A DNA stretch of 32,000 nt from Vibrio vulnificus CMCP6 (GTDB taxonomy: Bacteria; Pseudomonadota; Gammaproteobacteria; Enterobacterales; Vibrionaceae). Below, one piece after another: positions 1 through 9,399 of the stretch. Both the position numbers and the translations under genes were made by a program. The number at the start of each line of letters is the position of its first letter. Positions within the stretch are counted from its first letter, which is position 1. The stretch is from assembly GCF_000039765.1 (NCBI RefSeq), contig NC_004459.3, positions 540,001 through 572,000 of the forward strand, read 5' to 3'. A model generated the notes under the pieces. It saw only the letters and a list, made by a program, of their open reading frames with translations. It ran no database searches and was not told the DNA's origin.

Positions 1-415
1 AAGACTCGGCGATCAATGGCAGAATCAAGCGCTCTTCAATGTCCAAATGTTGGCGTTGTGATGAGATAAACGCCTCTAACTGCTCAATGAACATCGCTTG
101 TGGCACCACTGCATCGTTCAAAATCATATGCACCACGTCAGCAAAGGCTGCGGTTTTCTTCGCTAGTTCTTTGTGTTCAAGCTCTAAGTTTTCAATGGTT
201 CTCTGCGCGCCGTAATGCTCTAAGTAATGGCGATAAAGGATGTCTTCTTTCGGATGGTGCACCTTCTCCGCATGATCAGATAAATAGCTGACAATCTCGG
301 CGACCAAACTGTAGTTAATAGGTTGCTCATTTTTGAGCAACTCCACTTTATGACGCAGTATAGCGAGCATGCGCACAATGTAACCGTGTTCGCGTCTTAT
401 CCGTTCAATCATCAT
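1..415 (-). CDS. Hemerythrin-like (HHE cation-binding type) domain protein; C-terminal end cut off by the window edge
   Basis: The minus-strand frame is open from the ATG at 413-415 (MMIERIRREHGYIVRML...) to position 1, so it is absent from the ORF track. AAGGAG lies 7 nt upstream of the ATG. The His/Glu motifs HAEKVHHPKEDILY, LELEHKEL and QRQHLDIEERLILPL are typical of hemerythrin-like domains. Confidence 0.6.
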   Translation of the reverse strand, partial: MMIERIRREHGYIVRMLAILRHKVELLKNEQPINYSLVAEIVSYLSDHAEKVHHPKEDILYRHYLEHYGAQRTIENLELEHKELAKKTAAFADVVHMILNDAVVPQAMFIEQLEAFISSQRQHLDIEERLILPLIAES

Positions 416-526
416 AGCGTTTCTCCTTAACACCTCATTTGTTGTAAGTGTATAAGATAGAACGCCATTCGGCTTAGATGTCGCTCAAAAAACCATCGCT
501 TTCTACGAAATTACATTCAAATGTGC

Positions 527-1207
527 TTAGAGCGACAAAGGTAGTTGCCAGTCTATTGCTTGCTTTCCTTGATCAAGTAAATGTTGATTCGCTTGTGAAA
601 AATGCTTACAGCCCAAAAAGCCGCGGTGAGCAGAAAGAGGGGATGGGTGTGGCGCGGTGAGAACCACATGCTTATGGCGATCAATAAAGCGGCCTTTTTT
701 CTGTGCGTGCGATCCCCACAATAGGAATACCACACCTTGTTGGTGCTGATTGATCGCCTCAATCACTTTGTCAGTGAATGTTTCCCATCCTAATGAAGCG
801 TGAGAATGCGCTTTGCCCTGCTCCACCGTAAGCACCGTATTGAGCAGCAATACGCCTTGTTTAGCCCAAGCTTCAAGGTAACCATGCGCCGGGATCTGAA
901 AGCCCTGGATATCCTGCGCCAACTCTTTGTACATATTCACCAAAGAAGGAGGTGTCTTGATACCCGGTAATACTGAAAAACACAAACCATGAGCTTGGTT
1001 GGGGCCATGGTAAGGATCCTGTCCTAAGATCACCACTTTGACATCTTGAAACTCGGTATAACGAAAGGCATTGAAGACATCCTTTGCTGGAGGGTAAATC
1101 ACTTTGCCAGCTTGTCGCTCTGCTTCAACAAAGTTGAGTGTCTGTTGAAAATAGCTTTGCTCTTTTTCCGCACCAATTACATCGTGCCAAGTGAGTTGCT
1201 GTGTCAT
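527..1207 (-). CDS. ung: Uracil-DNA glycosylase
   Basis: Collinear with E. coli Ung as I remember it (LTWHDV..., [29 protein letters not shown]). The homology-supported start is M9 of the track ORF ([13 protein letters not shown] at 1205-1207). The track start at 1231 adds 8 residues and has no SD. Neither start has a strong SD. Confidence 0.93.
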   Translation of the reverse strand: MTQQLTWHDVIGAEKEQSYFQQTLNFVEAERQAGKVIYPPAKDVFNAFRYTEFQDVKVVILGQDPYHGPNQAHGLCFSVLPGIKTPPSLVNMYKELAQDIQGFQIPAHGYLEAWAKQGVLLLNTVLTVEQGKAHSHASLGWETFTDKVIEAINQHQQGVVFLLWGSHAQKKGRFIDRHKHVVLTAPHPSPLSAHRGFLGCKHFSQANQHLLDQGKQAIDWQLPLSL

Positions 1208-1281
1208 GGGGAGAATCCTATTGAAAACCATCAGGCGGTTATTCTATGTCAGGTCACTCCCCTAACCAAATTCATCACAGG

Positions 1282-1422
1282 CTATTGGTTTTTTTCGTGA
1301 CTTTGTGGGCTTTTTTGTGGCGTTCTTACATGCCCCTGCCCGGTAATATGACGGTTCGGTATTGGCCATCTTGCGACAGCACGAACAACGTAAGTGGAAT
1401 GGAACATCATGGTTGTAAACAT
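1282..1422 (-). CDS. Candidate unannotated small protein (46 aa, basic and His-rich); hypothetical
   Basis: A perfect AGGAGG (complement of 1431-1436) lies 8 nt upstream of an ATG (complement of 1420-1422). This opens a 46-codon frame, MFTTMMFHSTYVVRAVARWPIPNRHITGQGHVRTPQKSPQSHEKNQ, with its stop at 1282-1284. It is below the ORF-track size cutoff. I recognise no homology. Confidence 0.3.
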   Translation of the reverse strand: MFTTMMFHSTYVVRAVARWPIPNRHITGQGHVRTPQKSPQSHEKNQ

Positions 1423-1508
1423 AGTGGCATCCTCCTGTGACAAACTCGATAAACACTATTGTTCTTGTTTGCTATGAAAGAAAGATGCCAATCTGATGAC
1501 AAAAAGCG

Positions 1509-2390
1509 CTAAGCGATTGAAGAGAGATGATATTTTCTCAACTGCTCAATTTCTTGCGGCCAAAGTTCAGGTTCAATAGTCTCTAAAATCAATGGGATAG
1601 AATCAAAACGGCTGTCTTTCGCAATGTATTCAAAACAGTCCCAGCCAATTTCACCTTTCCCTAGGGCATGGTGCCTATCCACCTTACTGGCTAATTTTAC
1701 TTTTGAATCATTAATATGCATTGCACGTAAATAGTGCATTCCGACCACACGTTCAAACTCAGCGAAGGTCGTCTCACACGCCTCAGGAGTTCGCAGATCA
1801 TAGCCTGCGGCAAAGGTGTGGCAAGTATCCAAACAAACCCCAACTCGACTCTTATCTTCAACCTGCTCAATGATTTCTGCAAGGTGCTCAAATCGCCAAC
1901 CTAAGTTGGAACCTTGTCCGGCCGTGTTTTCTATCACCGCCACCACATCAGGTACCGCTTGATGCGCTAAGTTGATCGATTCTGCGATTAAAGACAAACA
2001 CGCTTTTTCTGAGATCTTCTCCAAATGGCTGCCTGGGTGGAAATTGAGTAAGTTCAACCCTAGCAGCTGGCATCGCTCCATTTCATCAATAAACGCGAGA
2101 CGAGACTTTTCCAGCTTCTCCGCTTCTGGCGCACCTAAATTAATAAGATAAGAATCATGGGGAAGAATTTGCTGTGGAGAAAAACCCAACAATGCGCAAT
2201 TGGCTTTGAACGCCGAGATGGTTTTCTCTTCTAATGGCTTGGCAACCCATTGGCGTTGATTCTTCGTGAACAAAGCAAACGCGTTTGCTCCAATCTCACG
2301 CGCCCGCAGAGGTGCATTGTCAACCCCGCCCGCCGCTGAAACATGCGCGCCAATAAATTTGTTACCAAAACGGTTTTTGCTGTTTGTCAT
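1509..2390 (-). CDS. nfo: Endonuclease IV (AP endonuclease)
   Basis: Full-length similarity to E. coli Nfo ([75 protein letters not shown]). Confidence 0.95.
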   Translation of the reverse strand: MTNSKNRFGNKFIGAHVSAAGGVDNAPLRAREIGANAFALFTKNQRQWVAKPLEEKTISAFKANCALLGFSPQQILPHDSYLINLGAPEAEKLEKSRLAFIDEMERCQLLGLNLLNFHPGSHLEKISEKACLSLIAESINLAHQAVPDVVAVIENTAGQGSNLGWRFEHLAEIIEQVEDKSRVGVCLDTCHTFAAGYDLRTPEACETTFAEFERVVGMHYLRAMHINDSKVKLASKVDRHHALGKGEIGWDCFEYIAKDSRFDSIPLILETIEPELWPQEIEQLRKYHLSSIA

Positions 2391-2423
2391 TTAATCACTT
2401 AACACTTTCAAGATAAGGGGCTA

Positions 2424-2452
2424 ATTACAACCATTTAGCTTAGTTCAGTCAA
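2424..2452 (-). promoter_or_regulatory. Candidate sigma-70 promoter for nfo
   Basis: On the minus strand: TTGACT (complement of 2447-2452), a 17-bp spacer, then TGTAAT (complement of 2424-2429). This sits about 30 nt upstream of the nfo ATG. Confidence 0.45.
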
Positions 2453-2551
2453 ATTTCCAATTAATTTTGTAGTAAATTTACAACAAAATTAACACTTAAC
2501 TATTTTTGATGTTATCAAATAAATCGTAATTGATAGTTTTTAAAGAGTTTA

Positions 2552-2565
2552 TTGATTTAACTCAA
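2552..2565 (+). promoter_or_regulatory. Distal FNR-type box upstream of grcA
   Basis: TTGAT-TTAA-CTCAA matches the TTGAT-N4-ATCAA consensus at 9 of 10 positions. Its centre lies 53 bp upstream of the proximal box. Confidence 0.55.
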
Positions 2566-2604
2566 TAAAATAACCTTCACAAAATTAATGTTTTTAGTTG
2601 TTTT

Positions 2605-2648
2605 TTGACCTAAATCAATACTATCATAATGGATATTAGCTATATAAT
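2605..2648 (+). promoter_or_regulatory. Proximal FNR-type box plus -10 element (class II-like grcA promoter)
   Basis: TTGAC-CTAA-ATCAA (2605-2618) matches the consensus at 9 of 10 positions. TATATAAT at 2641-2648 puts the box centre roughly 41-44 bp upstream of the expected transcription start. Confidence 0.6.
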
Positions 2649-2714
2649 ACTCAGCTCGACAAAATTCGAAAATTAACACCAATAATCACCACGTAAGTGG
2701 ACTAGGAGATAGTG

Positions 2715-3092
2715 ATGATCCAAGGTATCCAAATTACTAAAGCAGCAAACGACGACCTACTAAACTCAATCTGGCTTCTAGATAGCGAGAAAAATGAAGC
2801 TCGCTGTGTAGCGGCAGTTTCTGGCTACGAAGCCGATCAAATCGTTGCAATTAACGAGCTAGGTGAGTTTGAAAGCCGTGAAGTGGCTATCGAAGCAGCA
2901 CCACGCATTGAAGGTGGTCAACACCTAAACGTGAACGTTCTAAAACGTGAAACGCTAGAAGATGCAGTTGCGCACCCAGAGAAATACCCACAGCTAACCA
3001 TCCGTGTATCGGGTTATGCTGTGCGTTTCAACTCACTAACACCTGAACAACAACGTGACGTCATTGCTCGTACGTTTACTGAATCTCTATAA
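2715..3092 (+). CDS. grcA: Autonomous glycyl radical cofactor (YfiD/GrcA)
   Basis: Near-identical in layout to E. coli GrcA ([18 protein letters not shown]..., glycyl radical motif [31 protein letters not shown]). The ATG at 2715 has AGGAG 6 nt upstream. The track start (GTG at 2712) is one codon longer. Confidence 0.95.
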   Translation: MIQGIQITKAANDDLLNSIWLLDSEKNEARCVAAVSGYEADQIVAINELGEFESREVAIEAAPRIEGGQHLNVNVLKRETLEDAVAHPEKYPQLTIRVSGYAVRFNSLTPEQQRDVIARTFTESL

Positions 3093-3110
3093 GATAGAGA
3101 GCTAAACAAT

Positions 3111-3141
3111 AAAAAAACGGCGCTCATCGAGCGCCGTTTTT
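3111..3141. terminator. Bidirectional rho-independent terminator between the convergent genes grcA and thrC
   Basis: An 8-bp GC-rich stem CGGCGCTC/GAGCGCCG (3118-3125 with 3129-3136) and a 3-nt loop, flanked by an A-run (3111-3117) and a T-run (3137-3141). Confidence 0.8.
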
Positions 3142-3176
3142 CTATTCTTGCGTTTGTTTTCTAAAGAAAACAATAG

Positions 3177-3196
3177 GGTGGAGGCCAAGCTCCACC
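3177..3196 (-). terminator. Hairpin just downstream of the thrC stop (possible thr operon terminator)
   Basis: A 7-bp stem GGTGGAG/CTCCACC with a 6-nt loop. On the minus strand it is followed by a T-rich tract (ctattgttttcttt). Confidence 0.5.
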
Positions 3197-3214
3197 TGTG
3201 AGATTGATGCCTGC

Positions 3215-4495
3215 TTATTGCACGCGACGCAATACTTCTTTCAGAGCCGTAAAATCCGCATCCAACTCTTCTGAGAGCAGTTCCATCACCGCATGTTTTG
3301 CCAGTGGTGCTGGCAAATCGATGTCACTGCCAAGAATGTCATCGACCACTTCCTTAAACTTCGCCGGATGTGCGGTACAGAGGAACAAGCCAGTTTCACC
3401 TTCTTGTAGCTGCTGATCCAGCACACGATAGGCAATCGCACCATGTGGTTCACACAGGTAACCAAGTGAATAGAGATCTTTCACCGATTGCGCACTTTGC
3501 TCATCAGACACAGCACCTTTGCCCAAAGTTTCCAAACCCCACTCTTTCACACGGCACAACTCTTCAATTCGTGGCCAGTTATTAGGCTGACTCACGTCCA
3601 TGGCATTTGAGGTCGTCGCGACAGTCGGTTTTGGATCCCATTTACCGGTTTCTAGGTAACGAGGCACGGTATCATTGGCATTCGTTGCCGCGATAAAGCG
3701 CTTAATCGGTAAACCCAGAGCTTTAGCAAGCAAACCTGCAGTAAGGTTACCAAAGTTACCGCTTGGTACCGACACCACCAGATTCTCGCGCTCTTGCTTA
3801 CTCATCTGTGCCGCTGCTTCAAAGTAGTAGCAGATTTGCGCCATCAAACGGCTAATGTTGATTGAGTTTGCAGAGTTTAGACCAATCTCTTCACGCAGCT
3901 CTGCATCATCAAACGCTTGCTTCACCAGCGCCTGACACGCATCAAAGTCACCATTGATCGCTACCGTGTGAATGTTTTTGCCTAATGTGCAGAACAGCTT
4001 TTCTTGCAATGGGCTGATTTTGCCTTTCGGATAAAGAATGACCACATTGATGTCTTCCATACCGTAAAAAGCGTGTGCAACCGCGGCTCCTGTATCACCC
4101 GATGTCGCTGTTAGAATAGTGATTTTTCCACCATCAGAAACCGCAGCCAACGACTGAGCCATAAAGCGGCCACCGAAGTCTTTGAAGGCAAGTGTCGGTC
4201 CATGGAACAGTTCAAGCGCGTAGACACCCTCTTTCACTTGTTTAATCGGTGCTGGGAATTGGAATGCCGCATCCACCATTGAGTTAACTTTGTCTTCTGC
4301 TAGCTCATCACCAATCAACGCGGAAAGAATCGCAGTGCTGCGCGAGATAAAATCTTGCGCAAGCAACGCATCGATATCATCAAATTTCGGTAATTCTGCT
4401 GGGAAAAATAGCCCCTGATTACGGCCTAACCCTTGACGCACGGCTTGGCCAAAGGAAACTTGTTCGTCATTTTCTTTTATGTTGTAAAGCTTCAT
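3215..4495 (-). CDS. thrC: Threonine synthase
   Basis: 426 aa with a PLP-enzyme signature ([12 protein letters not shown]) and the overall ThrC layout. Its start overlaps the thrB stop (ATGA at 4492-4495). Confidence 0.95.
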   Translation of the reverse strand: MKLYNIKENDEQVSFGQAVRQGLGRNQGLFFPAELPKFDDIDALLAQDFISRSTAILSALIGDELAEDKVNSMVDAAFQFPAPIKQVKEGVYALELFHGPTLAFKDFGGRFMAQSLAAVSDGGKITILTATSGDTGAAVAHAFYGMEDINVVILYPKGKISPLQEKLFCTLGKNIHTVAINGDFDACQALVKQAFDDAELREEIGLNSANSINISRLMAQICYYFEAAAQMSKQERENLVVSVPSGNFGNLTAGLLAKALGLPIKRFIAATNANDTVPRYLETGKWDPKPTVATTSNAMDVSQPNNWPRIEELCRVKEWGLETLGKGAVSDEQSAQSVKDLYSLGYLCEPHGAIAYRVLDQQLQEGETGLFLCTAHPAKFKEVVDDILGSDIDLPAPLAKHAVMELLSEELDADFTALKEVLRRVQ

Positions 4496-5463
4496 AGCTC
4501 ACTTCCTGTCACAATTGAGCCCTTTTTGTCTAAACGACAAATGTGGACGAATCCTTCTTCATTTTGTACGTAATTTTGTTCTAACCAGCGTGCTACACGC
4601 TGTGCAACATCTTGGTCTTTGCAAATACTAAACAGTGTCGGCCCACTGCCAGAAATGCCCGTTGCCAATGCCCCCGCAGAAGCGGCATATTTACGCGCAT
4701 CGGCAAAACCGGGAAGCAGTTTCTCACGATAAGGCTCTGCGATCACGTCTTTGATCATCTTCGCGGCAAGCTCAGGCTGCCCTGAGTGACAAGCGTGAAT
4801 AAAGCCGGCCAAATGGCGGCCATGTGCGATCACATCTTGACGTCGGTATTGAGAAGGTAAAATCGCACGCGCTTCTGCAGTCGACACCTTAATGCCAGGG
4901 TAGGCCATCACCCAATACCAATCATCGAAGCACGGAACTTCTTGGCTAATAATGCCGAGCTCTTCGAGCATCAATTGCAAGCCACCTAAATAGCAGGGTG
5001 CAACGTTGTCATAGTGCACTCCACCGGAGATTTGGCCTTCCATTTCACCCATCAGTGCGAGCAATTCCATTTCATCCAGTGGGTTGGCATGGAACTGATT
5101 GAGGGCATCTAACGCGGCAACAATAGAACAAGCACTAGAGCCAAGCCCAGATCCAATCGGCATGTTCTTTTCTAATGTCATCTCAAGCGGTTTGAGCTCA
5201 AGACCTTTTTTATCGAGTTCGCGAGCAAACACTCGCCAGCAATCATAAACAATGTTTTCTTTCGGATCGCTTGGCAGCTTTGCGACAAAACTACCCGCCG
5301 TCTTTAACGAAAACGGCTCGTTCCCCGCTTTCACCATGACTCGATCGCCAAGCAAAGTACCATCGATGGGCGACACTGCCGCCCCTAATACATCAAAACC
5401 AACACTGACATTACCAATAGAAGCGGGAGCGTACACTACCACAGCCATATCGCTTGAACTCAT
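4492..5463 (-). CDS. thrB: Homoserine kinase
   Basis: [21 protein letters not shown] and the GHMP kinase motif [10 protein letters not shown]. The ATG at 5463 has AGGGG 7 nt upstream. An alternative ATG at 5448 (MAVVVYAP) aligns better with the E. coli N-terminus but lacks an SD. Confidence 0.93.
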   Translation of the reverse strand: MSSSDMAVVVYAPASIGNVSVGFDVLGAAVSPIDGTLLGDRVMVKAGNEPFSLKTAGSFVAKLPSDPKENIVYDCWRVFARELDKKGLELKPLEMTLEKNMPIGSGLGSSACSIVAALDALNQFHANPLDEMELLALMGEMEGQISGGVHYDNVAPCYLGGLQLMLEELGIISQEVPCFDDWYWVMAYPGIKVSTAEARAILPSQYRRQDVIAHGRHLAGFIHACHSGQPELAAKMIKDVIAEPYREKLLPGFADARKYAASAGALATGISGSGPTLFSICKDQDVAQRVARWLEQNYVQNEEGFVHICRLDKKGSIVTGSEL

Positions 5464-5466
5464 CGA

Positions 5467-7926
5467 TTAAACCCCTAATTTCCAGCCTAAAGTACGCATC
5501 ACATCTGAGAACACGCCTGCCGCAGTCACTTGAGTACCGGCACCGTAACCTCTCAATACTAACGGGATCGGCTGATAGTAACGGCTGTAGAATGCTAACG
5601 CATTTTCACCATCTTTAATTTTGAACATCGGATCATTTTCATCTACCGCAGCGATCGAGACTTTGCACTTACCATCGATGATTTCACCGACATAACGCAG
5701 TACCTTGCCTTCTTCGGCCGCTTGCGCAGAAAGTTGCTTGAAGTACGCATCAGCTTCCGGTAGTCGAGCCATAAATTCATCGACACTGCCTGAATCATCA
5801 AAACTTGGTGGCAAGGCTTGATCCACTTCGACATCTTCCAGCTCTAATGCCATGCCCGCTTCACGCGCCAAGATCAACAGTTTACGCGCCACATCCATTC
5901 CGGACAGATCATCACGAGGATCCGGCTCTGTAAAGCCATTTTGTTTGGCGATATTGGTCGCCTCACTCAACGTCATGCCTTCATCCAACTTACCGAAGAT
6001 AAAGGAAAGTGAACCAGAGAGAATGCCGCTGAATCGCTCCAACTCATCTCCGGCAGAAATCAGATTTTGCAAGTTCTCGATCACAGGCAAGCCTGCACCA
6101 ACCGTGGTTTCATACATCAACTTACGACGAGAGCTGCGTGCCACATCGCGTAGCTGATGGTAATACGCCATACTCGCGGTATTTGCTTTCTTATTTGGCG
6201 TCACAACATGGAAACCAGCGGCTAAAAACTCTGCGTATTGGTTAGCAATCACGTCGCTAGAAGTACAATCGACGAGCACAGGGTTGATGATATGGTTACG
6301 CTGCACAGTGGCAATCAAACTGGCAAGGCTAAACGCTTCAGATGCATTGGCCATGCGGTCACGCCAATGTTCCAGTGGTAAGCCATTACTGTCTAACAAC
6401 AGCCCTTTGCTATTGGCCAAACCACACACTCGGATGACAATGCCTTTGTCTGCCAGTTTGGCTTGCTGACGCTGGATCTGATCCACCAACTCACCACCAA
6501 CACCACCGACACCAACAACAAACACATCAAGGTAATGTTTCGAGTTGAAGAGATTTTCATGACACGCTTTGATCGCTTGAGAGATCTTATCCTCTGGGAT
6601 CACCGCTGAAATAGCGCGTTCTGACGAACCTTGAGCAATAGCGATGACATTGACACTCACTTCCGCAAGAGAAGCAAAGAATTGTGATGCGACACCTTTG
6701 GAAGTGCGCATACCATCACCCACCAGCGTGATGATAGAGACATTAGTCAGGAACTCGACGGGCTCCAATAGACCATCTTTCAGTTCCAACTCAAAAGCAT
6801 CTGAGAGTGCCTGCTCGGCTAAAGGTCTGTCGGCAGCTTCAATACAGAAGCTGATACTGTACTCAGAAGAAGACTGAGTAATCAGAACGATTGACACGCC
6901 AGAGGCCGACATCGCACCAAATACTCGGCTCGCCATACCAACCATGCCTTTCATTCCCGGTCCGGACACGTTGACCATCGTCAGGTTATTGAGCGTAGTG
7001 ATGCCTTTGATCGCTAGATTATCTTCGCCTGTATCTTGGCCAATCAGCGTACCAGCACCTTGAGGATTGAAGCTGTTCTTAATCAAACATGGAATATGAA
7101 ATTGAGCAATTGGCGCAATGGTTTTGGGATGCAAAACGGATGCGCCAAAGTATGAAAGCTCCATGGCCTCTTGATAGCTTAAGGACTTCAATAAGCGAGC
7201 ATCTTCGACTAAACGCGGGTCACAGTTGTACACCCCATCCACATCCGTCCAGATCTCACAACAATCCGCGCGCAGACATGCCGCTAACACGGCTGCTGAG
7301 TAATCGGAACCATTACGACCTAGAGTAACCAACTCACCATGCTTATTGCCCGCGGTAAAGCCTGGCATGATATGAACGTGCCCCTGAGGAAGAGGATTTG
7401 AACGGAAGTTTTGCGTAGATACATCGACATCCACCATCCCTTCGAGGTGATCACCATGGGCAAGCAAGTAGTCAACCGGGTCAATAAGATTAACGAGATG
7501 ACCTTTTGCTTCCAACACCGCCTTCATCAACTGGATGGAAACACGCTCACCTTTACTGATGATGCGAGCATTGACGTTGTCAGGACACATCCCCAACAAG
7601 CCGATACCATGAACAAATTGACGCAGTTGCGAAAGTGAATCCGCGACTTGCTTTAAATACGCGTCACCGTTAAGGCTAGGAAGCTGCTGTTTAATATCAC
7701 TCAGTAGTTGTTTGAACGCACTGTCTAGCTCGTCGACTTGTCGTTCTGCTTCGCCATTTTTCAGTGCAGACTCAATGACCGCGACCAATTTATTGGTTGT
7801 TTTCCCTGGCGCCGACAACACTACAGAAACTTCTTCCTGCTTGGCATTGTTAGCAACAATGTCCGCCGCTCTTAAAAAGCGGTCTGCATCGGCTAACGAT
7901 GAGCCACCAAACTTTAATACTCGCAT
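5467..7926 (-). CDS. thrA: Bifunctional aspartokinase I / homoserine dehydrogenase I
   Basis: The sequence from [18 protein letters not shown] onward matches the E. coli ThrA N-terminus and length (819 aa). GGGAGGAAGGG lies directly upstream of the ATG at 7924-7926. The 36 extra N-terminal codons in the track ORF run through the attenuator and were discarded. Confidence 0.95.
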   Translation of the reverse strand: MRVLKFGGSSLADADRFLRAADIVANNAKQEEVSVVLSAPGKTTNKLVAVIESALKNGEAERQVDELDSAFKQLLSDIKQQLPSLNGDAYLKQVADSLSQLRQFVHGIGLLGMCPDNVNARIISKGERVSIQLMKAVLEAKGHLVNLIDPVDYLLAHGDHLEGMVDVDVSTQNFRSNPLPQGHVHIMPGFTAGNKHGELVTLGRNGSDYSAAVLAACLRADCCEIWTDVDGVYNCDPRLVEDARLLKSLSYQEAMELSYFGASVLHPKTIAPIAQFHIPCLIKNSFNPQGAGTLIGQDTGEDNLAIKGITTLNNLTMVNVSGPGMKGMVGMASRVFGAMSASGVSIVLITQSSSEYSISFCIEAADRPLAEQALSDAFELELKDGLLEPVEFLTNVSIITLVGDGMRTSKGVASQFFASLAEVSVNVIAIAQGSSERAISAVIPEDKISQAIKACHENLFNSKHYLDVFVVGVGGVGGELVDQIQRQQAKLADKGIVIRVCGLANSKGLLLDSNGLPLEHWRDRMANASEAFSLASLIATVQRNHIINPVLVDCTSSDVIANQYAEFLAAGFHVVTPNKKANTASMAYYHQLRDVARSSRRKLMYETTVGAGLPVIENLQNLISAGDELERFSGILSGSLSFIFGKLDEGMTLSEATNIAKQNGFTEPDPRDDLSGMDVARKLLILAREAGMALELEDVEVDQALPPSFDDSGSVDEFMARLPEADAYFKQLSAQAAEEGKVLRYVGEIIDGKCKVSIAAVDENDPMFKIKDGENALAFYSRYYQPIPLVLRGYGAGTQVTAAGVFSDVMRTLGWKLGV

Positions 7927-7957
7927 CCCTTCCTCCCGGATTATTTTTAATCTGTAT

Positions 7958-7997
7958 AAAAAAAGGCCTGTATCTTGTTGGATACAGGCCTTTTTTT
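7958..7997 (-). terminator. thr attenuator terminator
   Basis: A perfect 10-bp stem GGCCTGTATC/GATACAGGCC (7965-7974 with 7981-7990) and a 6-nt loop. It is flanked by seven A (7958-7964) and seven T (7991-7997), so a U-tract follows the stem on the minus strand. It lies between thrL and thrA. Confidence 0.85.
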
Positions 7998-8014
7998 GAA
8001 ATTTGTTCTTTCGC

Positions 8015-8092
8015 TCAGCAGCCTGCCCCAACATGTGTGATGTCGGTAATAATAATGGTGGTGGTCATTACTAGTTGGCTGTTAAGAATCAT
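8015..8092 (-). CDS. thrL: thr operon leader peptide
   Basis: A 25-codon [28 protein letters not shown]. The run [10 protein letters not shown] contains 5 Thr and 4 Ile codons among 10 consecutive codons. A second in-frame ATG at 8068 would give [17 protein letters not shown]. The stop at 8015-8017 lies just upstream of the attenuator hairpin. Confidence 0.8.
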   Translation of the reverse strand: MILNSQLVMTTTIIITDITHVGAGC

Positions 8093-8207
8093 AAAACGTT
8101 ATCTATTGCTTTTGTGTGTTTGCTTGTATCTACGTTTACCGTAGTTTCGAGCGGTTCGTCAACAAAAAGTTACGTTTTTTTTATCACGGGGGTTATGCAT
8201 ATGCGCA

Positions 8208-8267
8208 CATTTTAGGATCGTGTTCTCATTTTCAGGATCTTAAATCTCAGCATTTTGATCTTCTCAG
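8208..8267. repeat. Three tandem imperfect units, each CATTTT..GATC..TCT(CAG)
   Basis: The units are 8208-8226 CATTTTAGGATCGTGTTCT, 8227-8250 CATTTTCAGGATCTTAAATCTCAG and 8251-8267 CATTTTGATCTTCTCAG. GATC occurs at 8216, 8236 and 8257, and a fourth at 8298, giving spacings of 20, 21 and 41 bp. Confidence 0.6.
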
Positions 8268-8307
8268 CAAAATGGCTGTAGAAAACTCGCTAACCTAGAT
8301 CTTCGAC

Positions 8308-8321
8308 GGAAAAATTTTTCC
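8308..8321. repeat. Perfect 14-bp palindrome GGAAAAATTTTTCC
   Basis: Read directly from the sequence. It lies about 77 bp upstream of the OMP-like gene ATG and just downstream of the fourth GATC. Confidence 0.7.
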
Positions 8322-8397
8322 CAACATGGGAGGAATTTTGTGCTTAACTTGAGAATACAATAAAAAAATCCTCATAATAATCACAAGGAGTAGTGGT

Positions 8398-8862
8398 ATG
8401 AAAAACTGGCTCATCTTGCTGCTTTTCTTTGTGTTTTCTCATGCATATGCCAACAATTTGCCTGCTTTAAACCCGACGAAAACGTCGCCCCACAAACTGT
8501 TTCTCACCAGTGAAAGTCAAACAGAAGAAAGTTTTGATGTCTGGAATATCGATGGAGGCTACGCCTATCAATTGTTTGATTCAGTGGACCTTTACGTGGG
8601 CGCTCGTGTCAATAACTCGCAAACAGCCAATCAGAGTGGCTTTTTAAGTGGCGTGAGTTACCAAATTAGCGATCGGGTGGTAGTGAAAAGTACCATTCGT
8701 TCCTTCAAAGTTCAGGAAGAAAGTGGCACTGAACATAATGGTAATTTTGCTGCAGAAGTGACAAGCCGAGTCAAAATTAGCGAACAACTGGATTTGCATG
8801 CCACTCTCGACCTGCAAGAGTGGCAACAAGGTATTGAGTTTGGTTTAGGTTTCCGCTTTTAG
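8398..8862 (+). CDS. Small secreted protein, probably an outer-membrane beta-barrel; hypothetical
   Basis: AAGGAG lies upstream of the ATG. The signal peptide [18 protein letters not shown] is followed by NN. The body shows an alternating hydrophobic pattern and ends in GLGFRF (C-terminal Phe, typical of OMPs). Confidence 0.6.
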
Positions 8863-9341
8863 AATTGAAGCAACTCTTTGGAAATAAGAATTCCATTCCA
8901 ATCGGCGTAGATGTAATCCTTTGGCTGCACCATTTGGTTGTGCATGGTTAAGGTAACATTGACTTCACCGGCCCCTCGTTTTTCCGTTTTGAATGGTGAC
9001 GTACCCAATGCTTTAATCCCCAGTTCCATCTGTGACATCTGGGCGACGTCGCGCACGGCACCAAACACAATCACCCCTTCCCAATCATTTTCAATGGCTA
9101 ATATCGCTAATTGATCGCCAAGTAATGCTTTTTGGCAGGAACCATGCCCATCCACAACCAACACTTTACCTTTACCATTTTCACTCAAAACATCTCGCAC
9201 TTTCGAGTTATCGTGATAACAGCGAACGGTCACAATCTCTCCGAAGAATGCCGCTTTCTGACCAAAATTCTGTAATGGCAAATTGAGTAAAGTGACTTTG
9301 TCTTCATGTTGATCACAGATATCCGGGGTAATGTCCTTCAT
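8859..9341 (-). CDS. rraA: Regulator of RNase E activity A (RraA/MenG family)
   Basis: The sequence from [16 protein letters not shown] onward matches the E. coli RraA layout ([21 protein letters not shown]). AAGGAGG lies just upstream of the ATG at 9339-9341. The 11 extra codons of the track ORF were discarded. Confidence 0.9.
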
Positions 9342-9399
9342 ATATCCTCCTTGAGAAAATTTTTGCCACATCAAACATGCGGCTCGAATTCAAAATTTC

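Noticed and set aside
1246-1456. Two overlapping 64-aa ORFs in the nfo-ung spacer: plus strand 1246-1440, and minus strand 1262-1456 with a GTG start (Cys-rich).
   Set aside because: Neither has an SD. The minus-strand ORF contains the AGGAGG internally. The smaller ORF with a proper SD (1282-1422) is the better candidate, and even that one is uncertain.
2506-2518. Palindrome TTGAT-GTT-ATCAA upstream of the two grcA FNR boxes, considered as a third FNR site.
   Set aside because: The spacer is 3 nt, not 4, so the half-sites are out of register with the FNR consensus. It may bind something else, but I cannot support a call.
7927-8034. N-terminal extension of the thrA ORF in the track ([15 protein letters not shown]...) up to 8034.
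   Set aside because: It reads through the attenuator terminator and overlaps thrL in another frame. The homology-supported start [10 protein letters not shown] at 7926 has a strong SD.
8116-8298. 60-aa plus-strand ORF (MFACIYVYRSFERF...) in the thrL/OMP spacer.
   Set aside because: It has no SD and an odd composition, and it spans the promoter and repeat region. It is more likely regulatory DNA.
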